This document shows, in pieces, positions 49,449-64,000 of a stretch of 64,000 nucleotides of DNA. Position 1 is the first letter of the stretch; every line of letters starts with the position of its first letter. The position numbers and the translations under genes were made by a program. The stretch comes from Octopus vulgaris (lineage: Eukaryota), in assembly GCA_951406725.2 (NCBI GenBank), contig OX597825.1, positions 42,284,001 to 42,348,000 on the forward strand. The letters run 5' to 3'. The notes below the pieces were generated by a model, which searched no databases, was not told the origin of the DNA, and worked only from the letters and a program-made list of their open reading frames with translations.

Positions 49449-50981
49449 ATCATAGCTGAAACTCAACCAGAGAGGAATACTGTACTATGTTAGTACAGTA
49501 AAAAAAAATACACTATCTACTCTAAATCTTTCCGTGAAGATGTGTAAAAACTGTCCAATGGAAAGGCAGAAAGTTGTGCTTTGTAGTTGGATCTTAGTGC
49601 AAGATATGGGCATTCTGAAAAAAACTATGAAAAGCCAAATTTGCTCATGAAACTGGTTTGTCATGGCTCTAACAAGAAGGAAAATATCTTTTCAATGAAA
49701 ATTTTAAGCTTATTTGTTGTTTAGTGCTCAAATATATTCCTAAGCTGTTTAATCTAATCCATCAGTAATCATTGCATAGTATCTGATGTGCAGGAGGCTG
49801 TAAGGATGGAAATTTAAGGGATATGCTGAACAACTTTTATTTAAAATAGAGGTGCAGTTTAAAGTAATGATTAGAAAAAGGCATTTGGTGCATGGATGCT
49901 ACAGTCACAGAATTGGCACAAGTGCCTGCTACAATAAGCAATACTACTGAAAATCATTCAAAAACTTGGTCAACAATCCTCATCAATCAATGAGGTTGCC
50001 TGATATAAAAATTTTGAGAAAGAGAATATTCCAAGGAAAAACTATCTGTTATATTTATTTTGATTTTAAATTCACTGTAGTTCCCATTACAGAAATTTTA
50101 TGCTTATTATGCTATAGTGCACAGCAGTGGAACACTAATGTTATCCATGATATTTTTGATGATTTGAATATCTATATAAGAAATAGCTCCTGAGACAACT
50201 GCATTTAATATCAACTTCTTCAACTGATATTACAATAGAATTTCACCAATAAAATATGTCCATATTTGGCAGCAGTATGTGGAAAAACCACTTTCCAAAC
50301 AATCTCTCTGGCTTCAAACAAAGAGTGCTACAAATAATTTATTATTTGATAAAACTTTATCATACACAGCTACTGCGAGCTAAGAAAGAGTAACAAAAGA
50401 ATTTTACACAATTGTCTTACAATGCAATTGTCTTACTAGTACAGATACCTACATGTGGAATATTTAACTGGATTATGAAGGAAATTTGTTCCATTTGCAT
50501 TAAAACCAATAAACTCCTAACAGCAATTCTAAGTTTCCTGACAAATAGCAAAAGCTACAGAAAACTATGGCAAGAGAATCTTAAGATTAATTATTCAGTG
50601 TCTGCTAAAAAAATAGCAACAACATATAACTCAGTTAAGTGCTCAAAATTAAGGAGGACAAAATCATTTGAGTCATGAGTGAACTCTTTATGAATGATAC
50701 ATATGAAAATTGACTGGAAGTGTAATCTCTCTTATGCTCATTACAATTACATTTCATCACATGTTTAAGGATATACTTTTCAAGTTTAAGAGCAAAGAGA
50801 TAGCTACTAATTACCTGTTACACAAAAGTGATAGTGAAATCCTTAAACACCAAAGATGCGGCTGAAAATGTTGATTATATGCAATTGCATATCTATGAAA
50901 GGCATTACACATATGATTAGTAACTGCCCAAAGATGTCATCATAGGAAGGTTTAGGTAAAGAAATAGACTATCTAACTCAC

Positions 50982-51087
50982 ATTCTGCACATTCAATTTC
51001 TATGTGGAACAATGAAAATACAAAGTTCTGGATTTTTACTGTTATTGTTACCAGAATGCTCCAATGATGCAATGATGAGGCAGTTTT
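50982..51087 (-). other. Candidate 106-nt host exon
   Basis: cttgtttttag| acceptor and |gtgagt donor; one frame open (KTASSLHHWSILVTITVKIQNFVFSLFHIEIECAE). No homology recognised. Confidence 0.25.
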
Positions 51088-53741
51088 CTAAAAACAAGTG
51101 TTTCTTTCTGTTAGAATTCAAAGAATTAAAAAGGAGACATACAAACACACACACACACACATATATATATAAGCTAAAAGCTATCATCTGGTGTGGTTTT
51201 ATTCTCTTAACCAGTTAATGTCACCAATATCTACTGGTTGTCCTACAATAAATGGATTTTCCCAAATGATGCAACATCAAAGAAATCAAAGGAATCAAAG
51301 AACCTAATTCAGTAAAGCAGCTAATTTATATGGGAACTATTGTAAAGGTTAAATCTCTCAACAGATCCTATACTCATAAGTACGGATAATGTTAATACAT
51401 GTACATTTTGTTAGAGTTTGATGCTGAAGACTTATAAGAGAAAGAACTCCCTGTGATGTTGCAATTCCTAAAGGCATTAATGATATCATAGAATAGTTTC
51501 AAGTGGAATACCAATGCTAATTACAGAGATGGTTCCCTGACAATATATTCCCACACAGTAGTAACAGCTTACAGCTATGCGCATAAACCTATATTTAAAA
51601 TATTCATACATATTATCATAATGATCAACAAACAGTAAGAATTCCTGCAATTTTAGAAATGTGGAAAGATACATACACATCAAAAATCTATATTTTCATA
51701 AGTACCAGGCCAAAGATCTCTGTTTTGTTGAAATAACAACCAATATGGATATCAAAGAATCAAAGCAACAAAGAAAGCCTTTTGTAATATTATAAACAAA
51801 GATATTATAGCACAAAAGCACCAAGAGATGAATTTGTAATTGATGTAGTCAATGAATAAAGCTTTAGTTTATGAGCTGAAATTTTTATACAATTCTCATT
51901 AACATTCTCTTTATTGATCACTTTTTGACATTTAGTTTCAAATCTGTCAACGCCTTCACTGGTCAAAAATTCTTTGCTATTCCTTACTTCAACATTCCTT
52001 TTTCTGTTAACAATATATAACTCCATTTGAATAGTTACTCCTATTGATAAAACAATAGCATTTCTTATTGCTTGGAATTTAGGTGTTAACCATCAATAAT
52101 ATAGAGACAATTAATGCATTAACTCCAAGTAATATATACACTGTTGAACATTAATCATCTATATTGTTCAAAATTACTAAACTAACCAGTTACATTGATC
52201 ATCAGTAATATAGACACAGTTACTACATATAGTTCTAAATATACAGTTATTACATTTAGTTTTAAATGCAGAGTTACTACATTAACCATCAGGATATGTG
52301 CACAATTAGTACTTGAACCATCATTAACATATATAGAATTAGTAAGATACCTATCAGTAATATATATACGGCTATGACTTTACATATACCAATCCCACAA
52401 GAACCCATCACTCAGCCGCTATCTTTTACTAGAAAACATCTCACCAACCCATGCCAGCATGGAAGACGGACTTTAAATGATGATGATGTTACTGCTGCAA
52501 GTGTTTCTCTCCAATCTCAATATCTGAATAAGAGATGACTGCATTCAATTTATTGGTATCTAGTGTGCTACCCCATTTACCCTCTAGTGTTGTCTACCAT
52601 CACTTCATTTCTCCCTAATATCACTTTTTTATTGACATCCATCACTCTCTTTCTATCACTATTTTGACCGTTTGTACTCTCTCTTACAAACTGACAATAA
52701 CAACCCTTCTATATTGCCAATCCGTCAGGTTGCTCAATAATGGTGTTAATCCATTCTCTTGTCAGTGACAATCTCTACAATGATACATCACTCCTGCACT
52801 CTTTCTCTGAAACTCCCATTACATTGTGCCCTTACTATCTTACTCATTACATTCTGTCTTTACTGCCTCTCTTCATTACTCTTCTTGCATTGTTTCTTTA
52901 TTTCTCCCTCCTCTTTCACACCATCACCCAAATTGTTATCCTCATTATACTCTATTATCTTCTTTCCCAGTCCATTTTCTCTCATCTCCCTACATTTTAC
53001 TCATCCTGTTCATTAGACGACACCAAAAAACGATAATATAGAGCAGTGAAACCCTCCTACTAAGTTGCATGGTACCAAAACAACTTTTTTAGTGCTTGCA
53101 CCATCATGAGGAAATACATTCAGAACACTCTGTGTACAATGTATTGTGGAAAATAAGCAGAGATATAGTTGAGGGTTGAGAGATTCCTTAGTCTTTTCAT
53201 AACAATCGTTAATACTGGTACTATGCTAAGATACACATGGCACACTCTATTAAGTTGGAGCTAGGGAGGTCATTTAGCCACAGAAAACCTGTCAACACTG
53301 AAAGTTCATGCAAAAAGGTATATATCTATTTATATATATGTGTGTATGTACATATGTATGTATGTATGTATAAACACACACACAAAAATACAGATACACA
53401 CAAACACACACATGCACACACATACACACACACACACGCACACATGAGCCAACAAGATAAGCTCTGCATGGTCATCTGAAATGTTAACAACATCACCTCA
53501 CAAATCATATTCTAACTTAGTAGCCCATGTACTGCAAGATAAATTTATATACTGTGCTTGAAAAGGAGGGTTTTGGTTGGAATACTTTGGATGAAGGTCC
53601 TCCTCAATGCACATTACAAGTTGTCTCTGTAAGTTGTACTTCAGTGGCCCCAAAATCACAAGGCGGCTTTTACATATACATAGATATACATACATACATA
53701 CATATGTGCATATGAATATGTGCATGGGGAGAGAGAGAGAT

Positions 53742-53810
<69 letters not shown>

Positions 53811-56709
53811 AGGATAGATAGATATGATTCTTTATATTTAATTTGTTATTAGCTACAGAAGTAGTATTAGGACCTATAGGTAATCTTTATGTCTTACTTA
53901 ATGAGGATGTACTAATACAAAGCCACAATACTGCAGTGTTTATCTTAAGACGGCAACTCATAGAGTTGTATAGGGTTATAAATTACAAAAGCACTAAAAA
54001 GTACAAAAGTACAAAATCAAGAACAGACACAAAATGCTCAGCTACATCTGTGGAACTGCTAGGTCCATGTTGCTGGGCATCTTTTTCTTTGCTACTGATA
54101 CTTCTGTAATTGTTAGCGCTATACATCTATTTCAGAGACACCTTCTCAAGATGTATACTTCAGTATTGAGGCTTTCTTACAGAATATCCATGTTAAGTAA
54201 GATATACAGAGTGTTTTTTATATATTTAATTATTCATAATCCATTTTTGCTGTAGTTACATTGCTATGGTTACATTGCTGTACTCAAGAAGACCTGTCTG
54301 TCACAGAAGAACTGATATCGGTGCTAGTGCCACATAAAAAGCACGCTGGTTTTACATTAAAAGCACCAGTGCTGTTGCACATAAAAAGCACCCAGTGACT
54401 CTGAGGAGTGGTTGGCATTAGGAAGGGCATCCAGCCATAGAAACCATACAAGAACAGACAATGGAGCCTGGTGCAACCCCTGGCCTTACCAACTCCAGTC
54501 AAACCATCCAGCCCATACCAGCATGGAAAATGGACGTTAAATGAGGAGAAGGAGGAGGAGGAGGAGGAGGATGATGATGATGATGATTACATACTCTTGC
54601 ATGTTTCTCCTCTCAGCTGAGTAATAGTTTAAATTGTATTGTTTTCTGTCTCAGTACTTCAGTCAATACTATAAACTGCCATAACTCAAACTTGTAGCAT
54701 ACACTGCATTTTCAGTTTTAATCTGTACAATATTCCTGATAAAATCTATACCAATTGACTCCATCTCTTTGACCATCGCTGCTGTCAACATCAAAACCTC
54801 CAAACTTACAAAAGTCATACTAGATACATTTCTTGTCTACTAATCTGCAGCTTACATAAAAGTAAAAGTGTCAATGTTAGTTTTTGAAAACATTGTTTCA
54901 AATTGGCCAATGTTTCTTTCCAAAATAATTTTCTCTTTTTTTTTGTACTTTTCCTTTATTTCCCTATATTTTCTTCATTTTTGCATGGGAATTGAATTAA
55001 TCTGTGAAAGAATTTGGTTAGCAGCTTTCATTATTTCATCTCTTGTTGCCTTTTTGATATTCAGAGGATTTGACAGCTAAAAGGTCAAGAACTACTTTAT
55101 AATTAAGTACCTTGAGTGCTGAGTTTCTAAACTGGTACATGTATATGAGGGAGAGAGAGAGAGAGAGAGAGAGCGACAGACAGAGATAGAGAGAGTGAGA
55201 AGTTGCAGAATATTTAAAATAAAGCTTACACACACCTAAACACGTATCAGTATGTGCGGATGTACATTTTCTCTTTCACTCATTCTCTCTCTCTTTCTCT
55301 CTCTCTCTCTTCATCTTTACATCACTTTTTCACACTCTTTCTCTTTCTTCCTTGTTATCTCTACCTAACATACAAACACATGCACATACATGAACACCAG
55401 ATATTCTTTTCAGAATATTGCTATCTTTCCAAAAGCCATCAATAAGCATCCAACATAAGAGGCTCTTATGCCTGGCCCCAGAGCAACATGCTTTCTCACA
55501 AGTGTGATTGTGAAAACGAAAATTGCAGCCTTGTTCATGTTGATAATGAAAATGATGGTGTCTGGTCAAACCACTTTGTGAATAACAAAGTGTTCCACAG
55601 ACATGGACAAACATAGTTATTTGGCCTCTGCATAAAAGATTATCAGAATCAGCAAGTGACTTCCTTAATACAGCCAATATTTGGCGATTAATGAAAGCAA
55701 CACTCTGTTGTACTTATTGCATTTAAATTCTGTATTGAAATATTCTGGAATCTCTCTATTTTCTTCCTTTTGCAAGGATTGCTTGAGCTTTGCATGTTCA
55801 ATAACATTGCCTCAGACTTTTCACAACCATCTTTAATTATACAACACTAGCCAGTTCACTCCATTGCTAAGAATTCCCAGTTTATAATGTCCATACACCA
55901 GAATCTTCAAATTATTCTTAACCACATCTTTGAATCACGTCTTTGGCTTATGACTTAGCATCTTTATTTCAAAGCTCTCCATAAAACAATCTATTGGGCA
56001 ACCTAGTTACAATACAACCAGTTTAATGCATTTGACTGTAAACAAACATCTCAATACTTTACAAAAATATATACTCACACACACACACACACATACACAC
56101 ACACACACACACACACAAATATATACATATATATATATATGTACACATACACATACATATATATATATATCTTTTCCATCCAAGAATTTTTTTTAACCTG
56201 ATATTCATGTGCTATTATTTATACTTTTATCAACTTCAAGCTCCACTGTTCAAAAAAGATTTATTTTACATCTCTTGAAGTTTCTAAAGTTTCTAAATTA
56301 TTCTTCATCATCATCATCGTTTAACATCTACCTTCCTTGCTGGCATGGACTGGATGGTTTGAGAGGAGCTGGTCAGGCAAGAGACTGCACCAGACTTCTG
56401 AGTCTTTTTTGGTGTGGTTTTTACTACTGGATGTCCTTCCTAACACCAACCACCCTGCAGAATGGACTGAGTGCTTTTCGTGTGGCATCAGCACAGGTGA
56501 GGTCAGTTTTGATATTGGTTTTACAGCTGGATGCCCTTCCAAATGCCAACCACTTTACAGTGTGGACTGGATGCTTTTTCTATGGCACCAGCATTGGTAG
56601 GGTTGCCAGGTAACATGAAGGACAAGGAGTTTTAGAGAGGAGAGTGACATTGGAGGAGGTGAACTTGTGTCAGATAACAAAAGGTTAGAATGTAACGGAA
56701 ACACAGAGG

Positions 56710-56990
56710 GACAGAAACAGGTGTCATGCTGTAGAGGAGATACATGATTACCTGGCTAGAGAGAGAGAGGGGGAGAGAGAGAGAAAGAGAGAGAGAGGAT
56801 TAATAAGAAAGAGGACAGAAACAAGTGTGCTGCTGCAAAGGATATATATGGTTACCTAGCCAGAGGGAAGAGCAAGTAAAGGGGAGAGAGAGAGAGATTG
56901 ATTAAGAATGAGGGCAGAAAGAAGTGTGCTGCTGTAGAGGAGATATATGGTTACCTAGCCTAAGGGAAGAGCAGGAGAAGGAGAGAGAGA
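56710..56990. repeat. Three ~100-bp tandem units ending in (GA)n
   Basis: AGAAAC(A/G)..TGTGCTGCTGTAGAGGAGATA.ATG.TTACCT recurs at ~56713, ~56817 and ~56916. Confidence 0.7.
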
Positions 56991-57227
56991 GTGAGAGACA
57001 GCAAGAGTGCAAGAGAGAGCAGGAGTGAGATGCCAGACTATACTCACAAGGGACAGGGAGCAGAGCATAAATGGGATGGAAGAGTAAGGAAATGAGAGAT
57101 AAATGGTAGCAAGTGCCAGGGCATATCTTCAAGGTATGGAGGTCATAAATATACATGACTGGGTATTGCCAAAAAGGCACGAGTAGGGAGTGGAGGTGGG
57201 GAATGCAGTGACTTGTGAGAACCTGGG

Positions 57228-57307
57228 TAGATAGATAGATAGATATGTAGACAGACAGACACACACACAGACACACAGATAGATAGATAGATAGATAGAT
57301 AGTTAGT

Positions 57308-57370
<63 letters not shown>
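57228..57370. repeat. (GATA)n compound microsatellite
   Basis: Direct reading. Confidence 0.95.
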
Positions 57371-58359
57371 TTGGATACATATGACGTTTTGACACTCACT
57401 GCACTTTCTGACCTTTACTTTTGTTGCTGGTCTTCCGTTCACTATAGATTGTTTTCTTTTACCTGTACCCATTGCTTATTTCCTAATAACTTTCTCTGTT
57501 CAATTCCCCAATGGATTAGTTTCTAGTGTGATCGAGGTCAAAAGTGTATCTCTTCTGTTTACTGTACTTTACTTCCAGTCTGGATCCCACTGCTGTTATT
57601 CTGAATCTTTCTCCATTACTCCTTTATGCAACTCTCTGACAGAGGACCCACCTTTGCCACTCCTCTCCCTTTGCTCATCGTGGTGCATATTCGTAGGCAT
57701 CTATATTGGACAACTGGTGCCCAGTTCACTCTACCTTAATCTTCTGTTTCTTTACTACCTTTATCATCTAGTATCACTCTCTTTGTCAGTATGCCTCATA
57801 CATCATGGATCTCTGCTAAGCCTCTGTCATTGCTCTTACCATGAAGTTGCATAGACTTCAAACATATCCTGCTGTCCCACTCATACTATCTTGAATATTT
57901 ACATTTATCTCAGAATACTGAGAGCTCTTATCAATTCAACGAAATGTAACACATCTCTTTCATCACTATCACTCATGCTTCTTACTCTGTAAAGAAGTGG
58001 GTGCATGAGCTGACATGGATTTGTAAGGGGTGGATTCCTTAGTCTTGTCAAGGACATAACACCCATCTAGTGTTGGTGGCATAAAAAAAGGACTCAGTAC
58101 ATTCTTTAAAGTGATTGGTGTTAAGAATGGAATTCAAGCCAAAACGAAATGCTAATGTCATGTAGTCTTCATTTATCTGTCGAGATGAGAAGACTCATCC
58201 AACCCATATCCAAATTCAAAACTCGAAATAGATGACACAAAGAATAAAAACAAATACTACTTGAAAGAGAGTAAACCACAAAATTAATTGATAACAAAAC
58301 AGAATGTGTCAAAGCAATAGACATTCCCCAAATATAAAGGGTAAAAAAGGCAAAAACAA

Positions 58360-60394
58360 ACGCTTTAGATACAAATAATTACAGAGGTATCAAGTTGTTG
58401 GATCAGGTAATGAAGGTCACAGAGAGGGTCATAGCCAAACTAATTAGGGAAAGAGTCAGTCTAGATGAGTTGCAGTTTGGGTTCGTACCAGGGAAAAGCA
58501 CCACTAATGCTATATTTCTGGTAAGACACCCGCAGGATAAATATTTATCCATAGATAAACCTCTGTACCTGGCTTTCGTTGATATGGAGAAAGCCTTTGA
58601 CAGGGTCCCCCGATCCCTTGTCTGGTGGTCAATGAGGAAACTAGGGATACATGAATGGTTAGTGAGAGCTGTGCATGCCATGTACAGGGGTGCTGTCAGT
58701 AAGGTGAGGGTTGGCAACGAGTACAGTGAAGAATTCCGAGTAGGGCTAGGGGTCCACCAAGGATCAGTCCTCAGCCCCCTCTTATTCATCATAGTTCTCC
58801 AGGCAATAACAGAGGTATTCAAGACAGGATGCTCCTGGGAGCTCCTCGATGCTGATGACCTTGCTCTAATTGCTGAGTCACTATCAGAACTAGAGGAAAA
58901 GTTTCAGGTATGGAAGCAAGGATTAGAATCAAAGGCCTTAGAGTCAACCTAGCTAAAACCAAAGTCTTAATGAGTAGGAAGGCAGACAAACCACAAATCC
59001 CTTCGGGTAAATAGCTCTGCTCAATCTGTAGAAAAAGGGTTGGTAGAAACTCCATAAGATGTACCCGGTGTAAACTATGGAGACATAGGAGGTACAGCAA
59101 TATCAAAGGAAAGCTAACCGGGAAAGATTGTTTTGTGTGTGGCAAATGCTCAGGGGCAATAAATACTGAAAATGTGCAGAAAACAGCTTCAATCGCATAC
59201 CAGAGGGAAAAACTAGAAGTAGTTGATAGCTTTTGTTACCAAGGTGACCAAGTCAGTTGCTGGGGTGGATGCTCTAAAAATGTAGCTGCTAGAATAAGAA
59301 TAGCCTGGGCAAAGTTCAGAGAGCTCCTATCTCTGCTGGTGACAAAGGGCCTCTTGCTCAGAGTAAAAGGTAGACTGTAGGATGCATGGGTATGAACAGC
59401 CATGCTACATGACACTGAAACATGGGCTTTGACTGCTGAGGACATGCATAAGCTCGCAAGGAATGAAGTCAGTATTCTCCGATGGATGTGTAACGTCAGT
59501 GTGCATACATATCAGAGAGTAAGTACCCTGAGAGAAAGTTGGATTTAAGAAGCATCAGATGTGGTGTGCAAGAGAGACAACTGTGCTGGTATAGTCATGT
59601 GTTGCAAATGAAAAAGTGTCATACCCTAGCAGTTGAGAGAACCTGTGGAAGAGGTAGACCCAGGAAGACCTGGGATGAAGTGGTGAAGCACAACCTTTGA
59701 ACATTAGGCCTTACCGCAGCAATGACTAGTGATCAAGACCTTTGGAGATATATTGTACTTGAGAAGACCCGACAAGCCAAGTGAGACCATAACCTGTGGA
59801 CTATGCCAGTGGGTGTAACCAGCCCACTTATGAGTACGCCTCATTCATTGGACAATAAACTATGCTTGCAAAGACCTATTGAGGCAAGTGAAATCAAAAT
59901 AAAAATTGCTGGCGTGGCTGATGACAGTACCGCCTGATTGGCAGTCGTGCCAGTGGAATGTTAAAAGCACCATCTGAGCATGATCACTGCCAGAGCCGCT
60001 GATTGGCTCCCATGCCAGTGGCATGTAAAAAGCACCATTTGAGTGTGATCATTGCCAGTGTCACCTTACTGACACATGTGCCAGTGGAATGTGAAAAGCA
60101 ACATTCGAGCGGGGTTGTTGCCAGTGCCACTGGACTTGCTCTCATGCATGTAGCACATAAAAAACACCTTTTGAGTGTGGTTGTTGCCAGAACCGCCTGA
60201 CTGACCCTCATGCTGGTGGCACATAAAAGCACCCACTACACTCTTGGAATGGTTGGCATTAGGAAGGATATACAGCAGTAGAAACCTTGCCAGATCAGAT
60301 TGGAGCCTGGTGCAGCCCTCTGGCTTGCCAGTCCTTAGTCAAACCATCCAACCCATGCCAGCATGGAAAGCGGACGTTAAACGATGACGACGAC

Positions 60395-60426
<32 letters not shown>
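58360..60426 (+). mobile_element. RTE-clade LINE copy 3 (5'-truncated, more decayed)
   Basis: ORFs 58395-58952 (QFGF, DMEKAFDRV, HQGSVLSP, DADD) and 59135-59380; 3' UTR repeats and (GAC)n(GAT)n tail. Confidence 0.93.
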
Positions 60427-61699
60427 CATCACAACTCAAGAAATACAATAAATGACAAATAATGACCAAAGATTCTAAGAACATTGGTATTTTGATATTC
60501 CTGTTATATAATGACTTCCTTAGAAGAAAAGAGATACTTTGCAACTCATAAGATATGGATTTACAGGATAGATTAAGCAGAGTTTAACATTTCTCAGGCT
60601 TTCAAGTTTGCTTTGCAGTCACATTGCCTCTCCTCCTTTCCATCTCCCACTGTTCTTTCACATACCCACCTACTCACCCCCTCCAGTGCATGGTTCCCTT
60701 TAACTTGAGTGTACCCCTATCACATTTTCACCATCCTATTTCTCCTCTCTCTCTCTCTCCTACTGAAGTAGACATGCATCTCCTTTACTGCAAGACACCT
60801 GTTTCTGTCTGTCTCTTGCTCCCTCAGTTGAGTCATCTTGGAAGCTACTTGGTGATCTCACTGCTGCTGGTGCCACATAAAAAGCACTCAGTAATGTAGT
60901 TGGTGTGAGGAAGGGCCTCCAGCCATAGAAACCATACCAAAGCAGAGAATACTTTAAACGATGATGATAATTTTGTGTGGTGAAAATGAAAATTCAGTAA
61001 GAAAACAACAGAATTAAAAGTAAAAACTTTTAAAAACTATATTAAAATTATACTGAAATCAAAATTAAACTTAATTGTTACATAATATATATCAATGAAA
61101 TGCCCAAAATTTCATAGCTATTCATAAAAGTATTCTGCCCCGAACTCTGATAGTTTCAGCTGATACATTTCACACACACTGTACCCATTTAGTGATACAA
61201 GTTGAAAGCACCTATCAGTTTCAGAGTGCTCTGCATACAATTGTTCTTACTCTACAATATCTGCTTACATTTAAATCAACTGAGTTAAGATTAAGTGTGT
61301 TAGCAATGTATGCTTTGCCAGTAGCAGAAAACGATCAGTTAAAAATTTTGGCAAATAATCTGGACGGTCAGTTAACTCAGTTTTCTGCATTTCACTATCA
61401 TAAGTAGTTGGACTTAATATTAGTAGTGAAACAAGTTTTGACAGATAATTGCTTGCATTTTAACAATGGTAGAAAATTGTGTTTATTAGACTTGACAATC
61501 CAGTACATTAGAGAATAAAAATGTTGACTATTTAATTTAAAGGTCTGTTGAGTCTGTGATATTTACAGTAGTATCATTGAAAGTATCAAAGTTAATAAAC
61601 AGTTCTCTGAGTTTTATCTAATAAAGAGTAACAGAGTTATATTTCCTTTAGATTTTGAAAGCTATATCCCAAAATTGCATCATTGATAATCTTATATAT

Positions 61700-61950
61700 T
61701 GATATTGAAATCTTTATCATAATACTGAAACTCAGATATTGACACCTTCATATTTGGATATCAATTTTAATATTCCAATATTGAAAGAGATATCTTGGCA
61801 ACGAACCATATAGTGGAACTAATATCTCACTATTGAAATCAATATTTGTTTACTGAAACTAAACATGTGATATAGAAACTGATATTCTGATATTGAAACT
61901 GCTATCCTATTACTGAAAATTTGATATTGAAACCAACATACTGATATTAA
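61700..61950. repeat. Degenerate 20-bp-period minisatellite
   Basis: Units such as GATATAGAAACTGATATTCT, GATATTGAAACTGCTATCCT, GATATTGAAACCAACATACT. Confidence 0.65.
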
Positions 61951-63729
61951 TCCAAACCAGAAAGAAACTTATAGTATTATTTGCTGTTGAAACAAATATG
62001 TAGTATGACTAAATTAATGTCTAGTTTGAAATATTATTATCAATTTATTTTTACATTTAGTTCTGGAAGAAATAACAGTATCCACAACCCCTTTATTTTT
62101 TAGTGCTTCCAAGAGTGGGTGTAGAAAGTGAAGATCTTATCCAAATGCTTGCAAAAGAGTCGACTCCATTAAAGATACCCAATGGCCAAGTGCTGGTGAT
62201 CAACAGTGGAGTGAGGCCTTGAGGGACTATAAGTCCATTATAGTTGATTTCAGGACTTACGTTAGTAACTACCCCCTCAGAAGAATAAAAGACAAAATGG
62301 ACTTGAATATGCATTGAACTCAGAACATAAAGAGATGTTCCCAGATACCTTAACATATTTTTTTCCAATACTCTAATGATGCAACCATCCATATATGATT
62401 TCAATTAGTATTTTATAAGGGAGGCAATTTTATGTTAGTATTTTATACGTATTTATTTCATTGACATCGGAAAAGAATGAAGAATAAAATTTATCTCAAA
62501 AGAAGTAGAACATTGAAACATTAAACAAGATCAATTAAACAGCTAGTCCTGCTCTGCATATTCCTTTCCAACTCTCCCACTTGAGCTTTCAACAAATTTA
62601 TATAAATAGTTATTGTATGAGCCTCCACATTGTTGCTTAACTTCCTTGAATTATTAGCCAAATCTCCTTCATATCATATGATTTTGAAAAAGGATACATT
62701 GGATAGCATAGCCCTGATTACACTGTATTTGAATTAAAGTGGACATGGGCATGCCTGGTATAGTTTTCATCATTCGTTTGCTTAATCAAAGCTGACCTAC
62801 AACAACAAATTTAAAATTACCCTATTGTTAATTGTAATATAATACTATATTCCAATTATTAAATATATCAGTGTGGTCATTTCACTAAAGTTCCATAAAA
62901 CATCACTAAGAATACAGTGAAGCTCAAGGTAACATCTGATGAATAACATCTTTATGATGTTATGAAAAGATTTCAAGGTCTTTTCTTCTCATTTGACACT
63001 TTTAGTATTATTGATAGTGACATGATATTGTTGAAAATGCTGCACTGTGTGTGATTACGCTCTGAAGTTCTTTACATTGGATGTGTTATTTTATTTGTTT
63101 CATAAGCCAAGATTGAAATGTGGAAATTTTCTTCAAAGAATCTGTTTATAACCTCTTTCGGTCCATTAGTGAAAGTGTAACATAATTAATTTTTGACCAA
63201 TTAATTATTATGTTCTATGTACCACTTTCTCACAAATTCCTAATATCTCTCAAAAGCTGTCTGATAATTGCTTCTCACATCAATAAAAAATTTTTTTAAA
63301 GAAGAGAAGAAAATGCTTGTATTGATATTGTCAAGTCTGAAATACTTTTGTTAAATCTTGTGTAAATATTTAAAATTTGTTTCTAACATTTGTTATATAC
63401 TATTCTCATATAAGATGCCTCTAAATAATTGTTTACCTTTCAGTGAGCAGACTTCATTGACTAGACATTCCTACTTGATATCATATTAGTATTCATTTTT
63501 AGTATATTTTTTCATACATACTTAAAATATATTTGTTTTCATTAGTTACACATTTATTGATCAGAGAAGAGAGAAATATGTCATTGTTAGTCAGGGAAAT
63601 GGTATTTGATTAAGGAAAATGTTGGCAATTAATGTTAAGATGGTATAGACGCTGTCAGAGAGACAAGGGAGACATGGAGATAGAGTACACAAATATATAC
63701 ATACATATGTAAAAAAAACATGATTTTTC

Positions 63730-63955
63730 TGTGACCGTTGCCAGTACCGCCTGACTGGCCCTCGTGCCTGTGGCACGTAAAAGCACCCACTACACTCTGA
63801 GAGTGGTTGGCGTTAGGAAGGGCATCCAGCTGTAGAAGCTCTGCCAAATCAAGATTGGAGCCTGGTGCAGCCAACTGGTTCACCATTCCTCAGTCAAATA
63901 GTTCAACCCATGCTAGCATGGAAAGCGGACGTTAAAAGATGATGATGATGATGAT
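63730..63955 (+). mobile_element. RTE 3'-terminal fragment with (GAT)n tail
   Basis: Matches 18090-18315 and 60180-60426. Confidence 0.85.
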
Positions 63956-64000
63956 ATGTACGTATGTATGGATGTATGTATGTGTGTATGCATATGTGTA

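Noticed and set aside
55330-55677. Cys/His-rich 115-aa ORF
   Set aside because: Resembles a decayed LINE C-terminal zinc-finger tail running into microsatellite; no splice or homology support.
62093-62404. 103-aa minus ORF and an overlapping plus-strand exon-like segment
   Set aside because: No recognisable motif or consistent splice pair; cannot be supported.

Overview
AT-rich, microsatellite-dense eukaryotic DNA made almost entirely of transposable-element debris. The repeat repertoire looks like a coleoid cephalopod, probably Octopus (inference). No host protein-coding gene can be called with confidence; there are only two weak minus-strand exon candidates. The centrepiece is a compact, GC-rich, apparently intact Ty3/Gypsy-order LTR retrotransposon at 40394-44653 (+, 4260 bp). 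It has 277-bp LTRs with 4 mismatches, a CTATA target-site duplication, gag and PR-RT-RH-IN pol joined by an in-phase G_GGA_AAC -1 slippery site plus H-type pseudoknot, and a polypurine tract. Its primer-binding site is non-canonical: the 12 nt abutting the 5' LTR (AGCTATTTCGGC) are the exact reverse complement of nt 1-12 of metazoan tRNA-Phe(GAA), not of any tRNA 3'-CCA end. This suggests priming by a 12-nt 5' tRNA fragment. The window also holds three large RTE-clade LINE copies with a PHD finger inside the RT domain, older Gypsy relics and a solo LTR, several Tc1/mariner relics and MITEs, a non-autonomous Helitron splitting a SINE, tRNA-derived SINEs, a (TAA)n-associated retroposon family, and Penelope-like ends with 100-135 bp inverted repeats and degenerate hammerhead motifs.
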